Origin: Anthoceros angustus | Lineage: Eukaryota > Plantae > Anthocerotophyta | Reading direction: 5' to 3' | DNA: 64,000 bases | Assembly (NCBI GenBank): GCA_010909165.1 | Contig: MU008160.1 | Span: 124,001 to 188,000 of the forward strand | Shown: positions 47,805 to 61,444 of the stretch, piece by piece | How the letters are laid out: each line of letters opens with the position of its first letter | How positions within the stretch are numbered: position 1 is the first letter of the stretch | Notes under the pieces: model-generated | The model's input: the letters and a program-made list of their open reading frames with translations, nothing else | What the model was told of the DNA's origin: nothing | The model's database searches: none | Program-made: the position numbers and the translations under genes

Positions 47805-50800
47805 ATGAAATCGTTCGTAAAGCGTGGATGCGTGGAGGGGCGTGGCGGTAGTTGAGCGGTCTAAGAGAGCCGGACGTTGTGGCGCGTGCTCCGAGCCGCA
47901 GGGAGAGAGGCAACCCGAGGCGAGGACACCGATCGGAGGAGAGCGTGGACTTGTCGGATCGTGAGGAAGAAGTAGCACCACGGAAGTAAGGGGCGGTTCC
48001 TCAAACTTTGCGGGCGTGCGACGGCGTCGACCAAACAAGCGTACTCCCTCTTTGAGGAAGAAGGAGAGGCGAGACCTTTGTGGAGGACTTCGTGTCCGGC
48101 CTTCAATGGGAGGATCGGATGCACTCATCCGGCTTTCAAGGGGTTCTCAGGGACGGCGGCTCAATGGTCGGAGAAAGTATCGGCCACCCGAATGCCCGCA
48201 ACCTTGAGCTTTGAAAATGCCTTCTTAGAGCGATTCGAGGATCGACCGAGGGTATGTATTATCAAAGTTGGAACACAGGCGAGGCAAAGGAGAAGTTGGG
48301 ATCGTACATCGAGCGGTTCTATGCGAGGATCGACACCCACCACACCACCATGCAGCGATGCGTTGGTTCTGGCGGGCTTACCAAAGCCAATGGCTAAACA
48401 CGTCTGCGGCGAGAAGATGTGAGCAAGGCGGTCGGGCGGCGATTAAGAATCGATGCAGGCGGAGGCGCCTCGGAGGCAAGAAGAAGAAGAAGAAAGCGGG
48501 GTTCGGACTCGGATGAAGAGTCTTGAGAGGAGGATGATGAGGCGAGGTGGCATCGGAGGAGGAGGAAGAGGACTCGAGGAAGAATCAGGATGCCATGGAA
48601 GAAGAAGAACCTCGTCGAAGAAATAAGAAGAAAAGCCCGTGGTGAGCGGAGGGTGGAAGAAGGAGGTTATGACCCGGTCACGAGAGGTTCCGACACCCGT
48701 TGAAGAAGTAGCGGTGAGGAAGATTTGGAGTGATAAAGAGGGTGGAGGAGTTGACGATCAACCAAGTGAAGGACAAAAAGGCGGCCACCACGGTTCGAAC
48801 CCATCTGTGCGGTATGCCACCAAGATGGGCACTCAAATTGCCCCCGGACTGAACGAGGTGAAATGGGGAGTCGAGGGAATGGGAGGATGCTGCAGAAGCA
48901 CCCCGGGGCCGATATCCCAAAACCATGTATCCAGTGGAGGTCCATCCATACACACCGCCCTCCGATGCAACCCATGGAGGACCAGGGAATCCTCAGGCGT
49001 GATGGTCTGCTGGGAATGGGAACCCGGCATTACTCCAACGCCCATATCCCACGGCGGTAATGGAGACTTTTGAGCAGTTGTGTGGGGGATTATGGCGTGG
49101 GCACATGGCAGGCGGTACCTTGTGTCCAACTCGTTGAGCGATGCACCCTCCGGCGAGGCCGGCCGCGCCTCCCTCCTAAGGCTGCCGTGCAGAGTCGAGG
49201 ATGCACGGTGGCGGAGTGGGAAGAGCGGGGACTTGGAAGCAGGTGGTGCAGGCGAGAGGAGAAGGCGGATCGGAGGTCTTGGAAGTGTCAAGCCGGAAGG
49301 AGAGCGAAGGAAGGGAGGCGTTTAAGAGGAAGAAAAATGAAGCGGATGACGGAGGGGCGGGACACACCAAAGGAGGCAACTCCGCTAAGGAAGGAGAGTT
49401 AATCGAGGCAGCCTGCGGAGGGAGAGGAAGCCTCCGGAAGCGTTGGGAGCGGACCCACCAAAGCAACACCTCGGTTTCCACCGGATGTGGCCGAAGTGGC
49501 GGAGATGCTTGGAAGAGATCACAGACCCGATGGTCCGACCACCACGAGTGGAGAGGAGAGGACTGAGGCCGATGGGAGGAGCCACCCACACCTTTCAAGG
49601 TAGCCGACGATGATGGATCAACAACATTTGGTAACCGAGGCGATTGTTAAAGACAACCAAGTCGGGCGAGGCCATCGGGGAGACACAACCAAAACCCCTT
49701 GAGTCGAAGGACAAGAATGTGGAGGTGGTGGTCACGGACCCCGCCCGATGGTTCGTAGAAATTCGGTGTGTGATCAGAACGTACCTCTGGACACGGTCGG
49801 AGTGAACCTCATCACGGAAGCCACGAGGCTTGGGCTTCACGCTTGAGCCATCCACCAAAACTACGGATGGCGGATATGTCACGAGAGCCGTGGGAGTTGT
49901 CCAGTCCAAGCCACCATAGCGGAGCCCTACATTGGACTTGTGTCATCAAGGACCTAGGGTGAGGTGCTTTGGGGCGTGTGGCTGGGGCTTGCAGACAAAG
50001 TTACACTTTGGAAGGAAATCACTTCAAACCCGTGGATTGGGATCCTAAGGTCGAGAGAGGGAAGGGTGGCTCTCACTTGGAGTAAGGATACATATTGTGG
50101 GAAGCGTGAGCACCACGGAGGTACACCTCGCGATGCGGATGAAAGGGAAGACTGGGCGGCGCCCTTTCCCCAAAATCACATGGTCGAGGAGGATGATGGA
50201 TTCTGGGAGGATGCCTTTGGAGCGGAGGTGGTTGATGTCGCTTGGGTGGGGCGAGTGAAGAGGAGAGGCGGCGGTGAAGAAGAGGGTCGGACCAAGATGA
50301 AGAGGTGGGGCCGGAAGTAACCCGATTCACCTCGGAGCTCTTGAGAATGGGGATGCGAGAGGGCGATCCCGAGTGGAGGACGAGGGGTTTGACGCCAGCC
50401 GAGCAGGGAGGAGTGAACCCGGACGGCGTGGAAGAAGTGGAGGTCGGCCGGGCAAATTCACGAAGTTTAAAAAGGCATGCCTCCGGACTGAAGGAAGGAC
50501 TAAAGCATTCTTGGGGAGTTTTGAGGTGTTCGCCTTCAAGGTCACGGACATGAAGGGCATTAGAAGTGGGAGAGCATAAGATCGATTTGAAGCCGGAGGC
50601 GGTGCCGGTCAATCCGACAATACAAGCTCAACCCCAAGTATTCGATCAAGGTGAAGGAGGTCCTTGATAAGTACACAGGCGGACATCATTTTCCCCATCG
50701 TCAGCAAGTGGGTTGCGCCGATTGGTGGTCCCAAAAGCGCCGGGACAAATTCGGGTATGTCAAGATTGGAGGAAGCTCAAGCCAGCGGAGAAGGACCACT

Positions 50801-52947
50801 TCCGATGCCATTCGTGAGCGACATTTTGGACAAGGTGGGTGGACGGACTACTTACTCCTTCTGGATGGCTACTCGGATACAACCAATTGCACCTAAGGGA
50901 GTCGATGGGACAAGGCGACCTTCACTCTGAGTGGGGTGCGTTTGCCTACAAGAGAAGTGCCTTTGGGATGACCAGGGCCGGTCGTTCATGCGTATGGTGA
51001 CCAACGTCTTGTGACTTCGAGGGACTTCATGGAGATATTCTGGATGATTTTGTGTGCATGGGGAGGCGGGACAAACACCTTGGACATCTAAGAAAGTGCT
51101 TGGGCTGTGGGAGACTCAATTGAGCCTACACCGAGAAATGCTACTTTGGAATGACGGAGGGAATCTTCTTGGGGCATCGGGTGTCGGGGGAATCGAGGTG
51201 GACGGGACAAGGTCGGGTCATCCGATCTCCGCACGAACCTAAAGGAGAGAGGTTTCACAGGAATGGTGGGATACTACCGCGGTTTATTAAGGACTTTGCG
51301 AAGGGCGGCTAAGTTGGCGAACTCTGCGGAAGGAGGAGGACTGGTCTCGGGAGAGAGGAGGCCTTGAGTTCTGAACACCTTGGTAAGCGCACCGGTTCTA
51401 AGAGGACGGTGGGAGAAATTTCATGTGTATGTAGATGTGTCTTTTGCTATCGGAGTAGTCTTGAGCGGAAGGACGACAAGCGAAGGGATTATCCCGTATA
51501 CTACTGACAGCTCACCACGCGAAAATACACAGGCCGAAGCCTTGGGTATGGTATATCTTGTCAAGAAATTCGACACTACACGCTACCCGGTGAGTTTGTG
51601 TTCTATAGACCACTTCTGAAGCATCGGTGAATAAAGGCGGACTGTCGACGGATAAGGTGGATATTGTTGCTGCGAGGAGTTCACGTTTGAAGTGGAAACA
51701 AGACAAGGAGGCACCAAAATGCGATTTCTGTCACGATTGAAAACACGGTGTTGAGAGATCGGAAGATCGTTCCGGATGAGACATTGGTTGCCGCGATAAA
51801 AGTACAATAGGAGCCCGGCCGACCGAACCCCAAGCTACGAGCGGCGGCGAGCGGAGAAGGGAGGGTCGCGCGGCGTCCGACCCTCTGAAGAAATGAGGCG
51901 GTACCTGGGAATGGAGCTTCCGAAAATCGACTCGTGGAGAGGAGGCATTCGTGCACTATGCTCGACCCTTGAGTACAACGGTGTGTGTTCAAATTACTGG
52001 CCGGCGAGCAGGAGGCGGTCGTCAGGGGCACGAAGGATTGGGGGAGGACACTACAGCGGTCACCACCAAAAGATTTTTAGGCGGGATCTTGGTGGCCAAC
52101 AATGTATGGGGACACCCACCGGTTTGTGAAGAAGTGTGATGCTTGTCGGATCGGAAGCCGACTCCCACAACACAATGGCCGTTGGTGCCCAGCGCACCTT
52201 TTGAGAAGTGGGGCATCGACTTTGGACCTATCAAGACACAGGCACACATCATTTTGGTGGCAGCGGACTCTTGCCGGTGGGTAGAGGCGGTCGAGCGGAC
52301 TCTGCGGTGGCAAAGTTCCTTTATGAGAACATCATCACGGTATGGGTGTCCGCTGCGGTTGGTGAGCGATAGAGGACTCATTTCCTCAATGATGTGATCA
52401 CGCAATGACGGACTATTTTGGCATCACATCGCAAGGCGGCACAACCCAAGGCTAATGGGTTGTGGAGAAGACCAATGGACTCATGCCGTATCTGAATAAA
52501 CTCACGGTTAACTATGCACACGGGGGATACCAAGTTGCCGCCATCTGGGCTTCGGGCGGCAGAGAAGGTAACCGCGAACTCCTATTACCTAACCTATGGG
52601 CATTCGCCCGTTATGCGTGGAGTTTGCGGTACCACTTGGATTATGATGGAGGCCGGTTAGCGGATGAGAGCCAACGGCGCTCTTGGGGTTTGTCCAACAC
52701 GGAGGGTCGGGAAGAAGCTGTGAGATGCAACATGCAGAATCAAGCAAGATGTGGCATGGCCCGGAATCGGGAGTATGTGAAGGGAGATTTTGGCCCTCCT
52801 TTATGATACATGCACTTTCGGGCAAACTTCACTTGAGGTGGATGGGTCCTTACCGTGGTGCAAGTGTCGCAAATGGGTCCGTTCAACTCGGCGATGGATG
52901 GGGCTGCCAACCCGGGTGAGCGGGTGGCGTGTGAAGTACCATGCTAG
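47805..52947 (+). pseudogene. gag-pol of element B (frameshifted)
   Basis: Zn knuckle VCWE.GEPGHYSNA (about 48995); protease LDT.SGVNLI (about 49785); RT HFPMPFVSDILDKVGG..YSFLDGYS (about 50800); integrase PFEKWGIDF, YGCPLRLVSDRG; end LRWMGPY. Confidence 0.9.
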
Positions 52948-52974
52948 TGTTGGCGGAGGCATGAGATGAGAGTA

Positions 52975-55900
52975 TGTGGGCTACGGACTTCCCTTGGGGG
53001 TTAGGAAATAAGTAGGGTTTGTTTTTTGTAGGTTGGAATAGTAAAATAAAGGCGGAAAAGGAGGAATAAAGCACGGATGGCGCTTGACGGGACTCGGAGT
53101 ATACAACGGACCACTCGGAGTAACGGACCCGATACCACTATGGAAACTCCGGACTACACTGAGCAAGTGAGCTCGGGAAACCCCTCCGAGTAAGTCCATC
53201 GGATAAATGCGCCGGAAAGCAACCATTGAGTCGAGGAGTGAGACTAGGCGGCGCCACGTGGGCGGCCACAGTGGAGGGCATATGCGGGCCGGGGCCTGCC
53301 GAGGCCGTTATAGCGGTATTCACGCCCGGTGCGGCGGGCGTAAGGCTAAGTAGCGTAGGCTAAGTAAGCAACGGCGGGACAAAGTAAGCCATGCGGACCC
53401 ACAGCGATTCTGGACGCGCCTTCCGCAGTTACTCAAGAAAGAGCGGAAGTCATTCTCCCAAACCTCTTTGCGCCCGATTCTCGCTCCTCGCCCTCACATC
53501 CGGCTCTTTGGCGGAGTCTCTTCTTCGCAAGGTGTCCCCAGCGCTTGATTTCACGGGAAGGAGCTAACAAGGAGGAGGAGGCGGTGCCTCAAATTCGAGC
53601 AAGGCTGAGCGGAGGCAATGGCACCCAAAAAGCGTCGGAGGTGGAGCCATGGACCCCTGGAGGGCACGCTTGTGACAGCGCTACCGACTTTGGTCCATGG
53701 CTCGAGGAGGCGGAGGGGTGGTCAGTACTGGACATCTTCCAGGCGGTCTGGACCTATGATAGCGTCACCATGGTCAGAATCGCGGAAGATCTTGGCGGTG
53801 GCAAGGAAGGAGGTCGCTCAGAACTCGGGAGGACCGAAAGATGGACCTTGGAGGTCCCGAGGCGCCTCGCCCGAGGAGGAAGAAGGAGGTGTGGTGCAGG
53901 AAGGAAGGGGAAGGCTGGGCGGCCTCGCCCGAGGCGATCCTCGAGCGGATGGTTGATCCGCTCTGGGGGTAGGCGGTGGGATAATCCATTGGAACTGCAA
54001 GGTGGATCACCTTGGTGATAATGTCTTCCTCCACGACTGCGAGGAAGAGCGGATTGGGGAAGATAATCTTCACGGAAGGATCGGTCGAGGCGCGCAAGCG
54101 AGGTGTGAAGCCACCTCCTCGGTGACCACGTTCTTGATCCATGGGGGGACCTCTGAAGAAGGGTGAGGAGGAAGGCCACGAAGAAAGGGTTGGGGCCCCG
54201 GAGGTGGAGGAGAAGGCCGAGGCGGAGGTCCGGCGGTCCGAAAGGTCGGGAGGAGGAAGGCAGTGGGAGGATTAGGACTCCATCGCTTGGAGCGGACCCC
54301 TCACCACCTAGGGAAGTTTGGGAGGAGATTCCCCTTCCCTCCTTTTGGTGCCCCCCTCCGGCGGCCAGGAGGAGGCTGCCGGGAAGGGCGTTGGCGGCTC
54401 GGCCGGCGGACGGCGGCCAACAACCACGGCAGGCCGAACCCGACAAACTCGTCGGGGAGCCGAAGAGGCGGAAGGCAGTGCCGCCTGCGACACCTCGGAG
54501 GTGCGGTACCCTTACCCCGCGGGTGTGAAGAGGCGGTAGGAGGCGAGAAGGATCGTGGCCCGAGGCCAGCAGCGGAGGGCAGTCATCTCCCGGGGAGAGG
54601 AAAGGGACCAGCTCGGACCCCTCACCTCCTCAAGCCCGGAGAAGAGGGCACAAAGGAGTTAGAGGCCAAGAGGGCCAAGGAGGTGACTCCGGACCTCACC
54701 ACTCAGGACTTGAGGTCTGATTAGTCCGGAGAACCCAGTCCGGACTTACTCGGGGCTGGTATGGTCCTTGGCGGACGAGAGATGCCGCGCCCACCGGACT
54801 TTGTGGGGCATCTCCCGGTGGCCGTGGAGAAACACGGTCTTAGCTACCGTCATGGGGACGGTATGTTGGGGCCTCGTAGTGCAGTGAGAGAGGCCGGGAA
54901 GTGGAGGCCACTCGGAGGAGGATGGTGGAACTCCAAGGGCGGTGGGCCGAGGCAAGGAAAAGGCGAGTCCCTCGCTCGGATCGAGGAAGGAAAAGCCGGC
55001 GGAGGCGAGGCGGCGGCGGACGGACCAAGGCTCTTGACTCTGTGAGCAGTGAAGCAAGCACGGAGGCCCAAGCGGAGGACCTCTCGTGGGGGCGGAGGGA
55101 AGCGGAGGAGGAGCGGCGGCGAGAGCCCGGGACTGGCGGCGAGGCGGCTAGACCTACACCAAGCCAGCGGTGGTGAAGGCAGCGGCGGAAAGCCGTGCAA
55201 GGTCGGCCGGGATCACTGACGTGATCGGGCCGGTGGAGAGTCGTGAGGCGGCGGCTAACTTGAAGGCGCAGGCGGCGATGGGCGAGCAAGGGTAACCGGG
55301 AAGGAGATGGAGGCCAGCACTCGGGAGATAGGAGATCTCAGAAATGCAGTGAGAAGTAGAGGAGGCGGCGAGATGGAGGCAAGGACACGTGGGCTACAAC
55401 TCAAGATGCGTCGGGCGGCGGTGATTCTCAGCGGAGAATCCACGACTTGAGCACGAAATAGAGTGCCTCCGGCTCCGTCGAAGGCGGAGGAAAATCGGCG
55501 ACTATCCGAGGTTGGGCGTTGCCAGTGCGAAGGCGGAAGAAGTCGGTCGGATGGATATACGGTCATTGGAGAGGAGGTGGCGGACCTGCAGGGGCGGAGG
55601 AGAGCGCTAGAGGAGGAGCGGCGGCTCCTTATCCGATTACAGGAGGCGGAAGGGCTGGGCTCCATGGCGGTCGATGGGCGGCTAACGACAAAGGGAGGAG
55701 GGCGTTGGCGGAACAGGCGAGAGGTGTCGGAGCGCTTTGGTGGCTTCAAAGTCTGCCCGGTTGCAAGCTGGCGGCGAGGAGGCGGCGGCGCGAACAACAC
55801 TCCAGTGCCGAGCACCTTTGGCGGAGAGTATCGGGTGCTCGGGCCATGTGGAAGGCGATTCAACGACTCGACTGCCTACTACCACGGGCTCTCAAGCGGA

Positions 55901-57243
55901 GGCACGTCACCCTCGGCGGGACGGACTTGGAAGGTCGAGGCGAGGAAGAGGCCGGGATAGTGCGGCCACAGGGACCTTGGGCGTTGAAGAGAGGGTAGCG
56001 GTGAGAGGCGGCGGAGGAGGCGGAGCGAGGGAGGCGGCGAATGGCGTAAGCACCACACCTCACCATGGAAGAAGAGGGCCAGCAGGAGTCGGCAGGCGAT
56101 CGGGAGCAGCGGAAGGACTCAGGAGAGCCACGGAGGAGTCCGTGAGGAAACCGGGCGCGAGTGGGACCACGAGGTCAGACTCGGACCGAGGTCCGGACTC
56201 TGAAGAAGGCCGGACCACGGTCCGGACCTCGAAGGAGGCCGGACCACGAGGTCCGGACCCCGAGACAGGTCGGACCTGGCCGGGGACTCGAAATAAGCCG
56301 GACTCACGAGTTCGGTCGAGGCAGACCTCGAGGTCGGCTGCGGCGATGGGGAGGCCCCGACTTCGCTAGGAAGCGAGATGGCCGGTGGCCCCCGAGGACC
56401 GAGGAGGCGAGGAGGATGACGTCGTATGTGTTGTCGGACCGCCGCCGTAGCCAACGGCGGATTCGAGGAGGAGGCCCGCCTCACGGATCATCCGATTGGG
56501 AGGCGCCTGGCTGTCGGACGGAGATTGGACCACCCATCCGGGGAACCAGGACCTTCCAGCCCACGGGCGAAGGAGATAGGGAGGAAATAGGATGGTGGCG
56601 GCGATTAGGGATCTTGGCTGGTCGGCTCGAATAGAAGTGTAATAAAGGCGACCTTGGGCGTAGTATAAGAAATTTGAGGCCGCTCTAGTAAAAATATCTT
56701 TCTCTTGGTGTTGATCCGCGTTCTTGCAGACCCTTGGGCGTCTTCTTGCTAGCGAGTCTGAGTCAACGGCGAGCCACGGCTCGGGAGGGTCAAGGTCTGT
56801 GACGGACTTAACGTGTGGTGGTGTGTGCGGGGAAGGGCGGTAGGGACCCTTGTTCGTCGAGGCGGTCCAACGTCGGCGGGCCGGGCGTGTGAGCGGAGGT
56901 GCCGGGAGGTGTCACGAGGGGGACGGAGAGGCCGGCGGAGCAACGTAGGAGGTCTGTAGCCACTTGCGTTCTTTTCCAAGGTTGATAAGTGTAGAGGCGA
57001 TGGAGGAGCGGGTGAAGAAGCAGTGGCCAGCAGCGGGTAAACAGGTCCTTAAGCGTTTGGCCACCTGGGGCTGTTCGGTGAGCGTTATAAATAGGCTGGG
57101 TGTAGCGAAGATTGAGTGTGTTAAGGTGAAGTGGAGAAGAAAGGTGAGAATCGGTGAAGCGCGACAAGCGGAGCTATCATTCTCTTGGAGCGGACTCCAT
57201 ACCACAGCGACCTTGCGGGATTGTGCTATTATCGGTAATCATA
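52975..57243 (+). repeat. 3' LTR of element B
   Basis: Starts TGTGGGCTACGG 27 bp after the pol stop; contains the MAPKK ORF from 53618 to about 56600; right end degenerate. Confidence 0.8.
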
Positions 57244-57244
57244 C

Positions 57245-57464
57245 CGCTTATCACCTTTGACTCGGTGGAGTCAGGACTTATCCGGATACCGGTCAGTCCA
57301 GTGGCTCTCGTGAGTGGTCCGGGGTCCGTTACCCACTCACGGAGTCGGAGTACCTCCCGGGCGCCGTCCGTCTTATTCCTCCTTTTTCAGCCTTCACCTT
57401 GGACCTACAAAAAAAACAAAACCCAACTTATTTCCTAACCCCCAAGGGAAGTCCGTAGCCCACA
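57245..57464 (-). repeat. Element Y: first about 220 bp of its 3' LTR
   Basis: TGTGGGCTACGGACTTCCCTTGGGGGTTAGGAAATAAG immediately after the PPT. Confidence 0.85.
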
Positions 57465-57480
57465 TATATTCCCCCCTTCA
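57465..57480 (-). other. Polypurine tract of element Y
   Basis: TGAAGGGGGGAATATA directly before the LTR TG. Confidence 0.8.
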
Positions 57481-58744
57481 AAAATTATCATGTTGTATTC
57501 ACACCCAGAGCTCATTGGTAGATGCATACCATGGCCACACTGCGCCATAGCCTCACTCAACATTCCCTCGACCCCACACCCTCTCCCACCTTTTCCCTAA
57601 GCGTTCGCGTTTCCAGTTCTCGTGCTCACCACTTCCTAGACTCCTCTTTACACAGCGACTCACTCACCCACTTTCTTCTAAGACCCTCAGACACCACTAT
57701 GCGCAAAATATTCTCACCAATCCCTCTCTCTCACACCACACAGACCCTCTCCTCAGCCACATGTGACCGCCTCCACGGGCCACACAAACCCCCTACGCCC
57801 ACTGCATCTTCACCTTGGAATTAGACACAATCTGGTTACACAGCGGGTTGGGAAGGAAAGAAAGAAAAGCAGTGGTCGGCACCTGTGCGATTCGACACCG
57901 GCCATCTCACCCTCCTTCCGGAAATCTTCCTGCATGAGAGCGCGCTGATCGCCCCAAAGTGGAGCTTGGTCACTCTTTCGACCGACCACTGTGGATCTCC
58001 CCGCCTGTGGACGGAAAGGGCGCACCATCAGGTCAGCTATTGATTAGACATCTCTAATCAACCTCGCACGCAGATTTGACACACGGGAGCTCACACCTGA
58101 AATTGTATAACAAGAGAGACGCGAAAAGGTCTCTTGTACATCCAGCTGCGGAACGCCACAACTCACTTTTCCCCAGTGTCTAAAAAAAATGGCTAACCTA
58201 CCACGAGCGCACCTACCAATTCAGGTAACTACAGCTCCACAGGCTTTCCTAACTCCTTATCCCCTAATCCGAGTGAAAGCCCTTGACCTATGATTGCCGC
58301 TCCCCTCTAAAATCAGCGCGCCCGCCTCCTCTGTTGCTGCCTAGCCCTGCGGCCCATGGGTGTTCCTCTTGCTCTCCTACCACGCCTCTGATCCGAAAGA
58401 TTCTCCATTAAAACCTCCACCTCACTTCCGCTATCCGAGGTCCCTTCACTCCCTCTAGGAGGTGTAGCCTGCCCAGTTGCACATGTTGCCTCACTCCCTC
58501 ATCATCGACAGCTGCCACTCCTCCTCCACGCCTGCCTCGCTCACTCTCTCCTCGAGCACAACTGCGGAGGTATGCTTCAGCTCCCGCTTGAAGGAACCAG
58601 GTAGGAGCTCGTGGCGCTTAGGATGTGCGACCGAGTTTCGCCTCCTCATCCCAACATCCAAATACACATTTAGAGTGAGCACCTCCATGTGCGGTTAGGG
58701 ACATGAGCATCCTCATCCAGAACGCCCTTATGCTAAAGAGGTCC

Positions 58745-60480
58745 TTACCCTCCGGCAGTCCTGAGACTGCTCCTAGAATCTAGGGGAGTTGCATCCCCTC
58801 CTACAGCGCTCCTGACGGTGGCTTCCCCTAGGTCTTTCTTCCTCGACGGTGCTTTTAGCCACCGTGGTGATCGCTTCCCCAACGGTGTCGCTTGTGCCCA
58901 CCGCGTGGCTGATGCGCCCTTCTTGGCTTGGTCTCTCTCTGACCACGGCCCTAGCCTCATCTCTCTCCCGCTTATACCTCTCCGCTAGTTTCTTGAACTT
59001 CTCCAGAGGCGCCAGCGTCTCCACTTGTTCCTGGACTCGCGAAACTTCATTCTAGAGCTTCTAAATCGTAGCATGCGCCCCCTTTACTTGGGTCACCAGG
59101 GCCTCCTGTTGGATGGACATAACCTTCAGCTCCTCCTGTGTCTTGCTTAGTGACTCCTCACACTCCCGCCTGCGGTCCTCTGTTGCCTTTTTCTCGCTCT
59201 CCACTCCCTCCAACTTTTCCTTGAGCAGGCTTCTCTCACGCCTACACACTAAGCCGGTGAGAGCCATAGTCGCAGGTCGAAGATCCGAGGGTCCGTCATC
59301 AAGTCGATGCAGATCACCAAATTAGGTTCCGGTGCATTCTCTTCCACAACAATCCCCGTACACGGGCTGTGTCACTTGCCTCCACCCCAGCTGGACAGGC
59401 CAAAGGAGTATCCCATAAAATGTCCTTTAACTCCGGTGAGAACCCTGCTGCCGGAGTTAACCCTTCCTCCCTTAGGAATTGGTCTGCAACTGCCTTTTCA
59501 TTCATAAAAAACTCCCCTAACAATTGCAACTCGTCCTCTACACTAGCGGAGGGATTAACCCGCCGTTTTCCTTTTGCTTTCCCCTCCTTCTCCCGTGGTT
59601 TAGCTGCCGTCTTTGACCTGGTGATCCGGGGTGTGGTTGTGGGCTCCTCCCCTGCTGCCTTCCCCTTTTTGAGTCGACCCCCAGCCGCATAACGCTTCCT
59701 CTTCCTCGCCTCCTTGTAACCTCTCCTCCTTCATTTGAATCTTCTGGTGCCGCAAATTCCCAACTGCTGGAGTCCTTTCCCGAATCTTCCTTGGACTCTT
59801 CTTCTTCTACTTGAGCTCCTTGACCGGCTTCTAGCTATGGAGGGCAGACACAATCTCCAACTCAGTTAGGCACTTGGAATACGCAAACACATGATTCAAG
59901 AAGGGCGAGATCAGAGAGGGACGAGGAGAGGAGGAGAGCAAATTTGCCCTCCCTTCACACGCCCTCTCAAAAATTATTCTGCCCCAGTCAATCCGCGTGC
60001 CCTTAACTACTTCATGGAGGAAGACCAGGAAGAGGTCCGCCATGTGATCCAACTTCCTGTTCTGCAAGAAACACAAAATCCACTTGGCCAGCCCCACGAG
60101 TTGCACAGACGCGAGTTGGCGGGTCACCCATCCATTATTAACCCGCACCTCCCCAGGCTTCATGATTGCTGCCGCTGCAGCCTTTAAGGTCTTCTTCCTC
60201 TGGGGGTCAATTACCAGACTCCCATCTTCCGAACCTTCGCGCCCATACACTTCCCGGAAGAGTTCCAGGTCCCAATTTTGCGGCCTCTGCCTCATGTCAC
60301 CCTCCTGTGACTTGGCCTTCAATTGGCGGGCACACTCCTGCACCAATGCCGGACTAACGTAACACCATTTCTTCTCCATGAAGCTCAATCCCAACTCCTG
60401 CACAAGGCCGCCAGCTCTAACCTTCTAGTGGTCCATGTTGGGCCACTGCGTAGTGGGAATCTCTGCCGCCGAGGCGCCAT
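58745..60480 (-). pseudogene. Element Y internal post-pol extra ORF (paralog of the LTR ORF)
   Basis: MAPRRQ...RLELAA/LVQELGLSFMEKKWCYVSPALVQEC...RKLDHMADLFLVFLHEVVKGTRIDWGRIIFE; coiled-coil tail (LKEKLEGVESEKKATEDRR). Confidence 0.7.
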
Positions 60481-61444
60481 CTCTTCCTTCCGCTCCTGAC
60501 CGGTTCAAACTCCTACAGGCTCTACCTCCAATCCACAGTCCAGGAGGAAGTTCTCTTTCGAGCTCCACGACCACCCCGCCTCGGTCCGGACTTCACCGAG
60601 CCTACACAGCCATTTCAGCCTCGGCGCTGGGGTTCTCTTCCCGCCCGCTGCGCCACTGCCGGCCAGCACTTCTCCAGTGCTCACGCCACAAATGCACACT
60701 TGTAGTAAAACCCTCGTTCCGCGGCGGTACATGCGTCCTTCTCTCAACTCCGATGAGGTCACCGATCCCGGCGACTTCACTCGCCTTGAAATCTCGCAGA
60801 CCCCCAATACCCAAGTGCGGTCTTCTCGCAGTTGCGCTCCGACTTGCTCCGCTCACTGTCAGCCTTGGCTCCGCCACTAGGGTTGTTAACTCCCCCTGGC
60901 CTGTACGACCCATACACGGCCACCGTTGTGGAACTAGCCACCTCCCCACTCCCCTGCGCCATTGGTGCTGAATGAAGGGTACCCCTACCATATCTAGACA
61001 CTTTTTATTCCTAAAAATCCCAAGGTCCAGCCTGTTCTACACAGATTCGAGGTCCAAGGACTAATTATTTGTAAAAGTATTATTGCCATGGGCCAAGGAT
61101 CACTTTTAGTATAAAAGACCTTACCTCGGACAATTCCTAAGCACTCCATCTCACAAAACATGAGAAAAACAAAAAAAAAAACATTCAAACCGACCGTCCA
61201 GGGTAGGGTTAGTGTACATGTGGTCTTCCATAGATGCACTGCATGGGCCCTTGTTCCCCTTCAAGGCAGGCCTAAGCTAGGAGACAGGGCCAGAGCCTAC
61301 AAGCTTTACATGGCCTCTACATGCTAACTGACCTATGCTAGGAGCGTTGTCTTTAACGAAGCTCCAATGCTAGCCCGAGCAGTGGAAGCTTCTTCTGCAA
61401 GTGGAGAATCAAGTCACCATCCTACGAAGGACTCACCTTGGGAT

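Larger units (their letters stand above)
43552..57243 (+). mobile_element. Element B: full-length non-chromovirus Gypsy (Athila/Selgy-like) retrotransposon, about 13.7 kb, with about 4.2-kb LTRs
   Basis: 5' LTR 43552-47784 (TGTGG...CCACA), PBS TGGCGCCGTTCTTGGG at 47788, gag-pol, purine-rich tract, 3' LTR 52975-about 57243. TSD not verifiable. Confidence 0.85.
57465..61440 (-). mobile_element. Element Y internal region (3' UTR, extra ORF, probable degenerate integrase end at about 61200-61440), 5'-truncated
   Basis: Continuous with PPT and LTR; the pol-end assignment is weak. Confidence 0.6.

Noticed and set aside
38000-57200. Dozens of 60-340-aa Arg/Gly/Pro-rich ORFs treated as separate genes
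   Set aside because: They are frameshift fragments or off-frame readings of the LTR ORF and gag-pol in GC-rich TE DNA.
57222-57464. A complete short LTR (TGTG...CACA) for element Y
   Set aside because: It continues collinearly at 43551, so it is the interrupted start of a long LTR.
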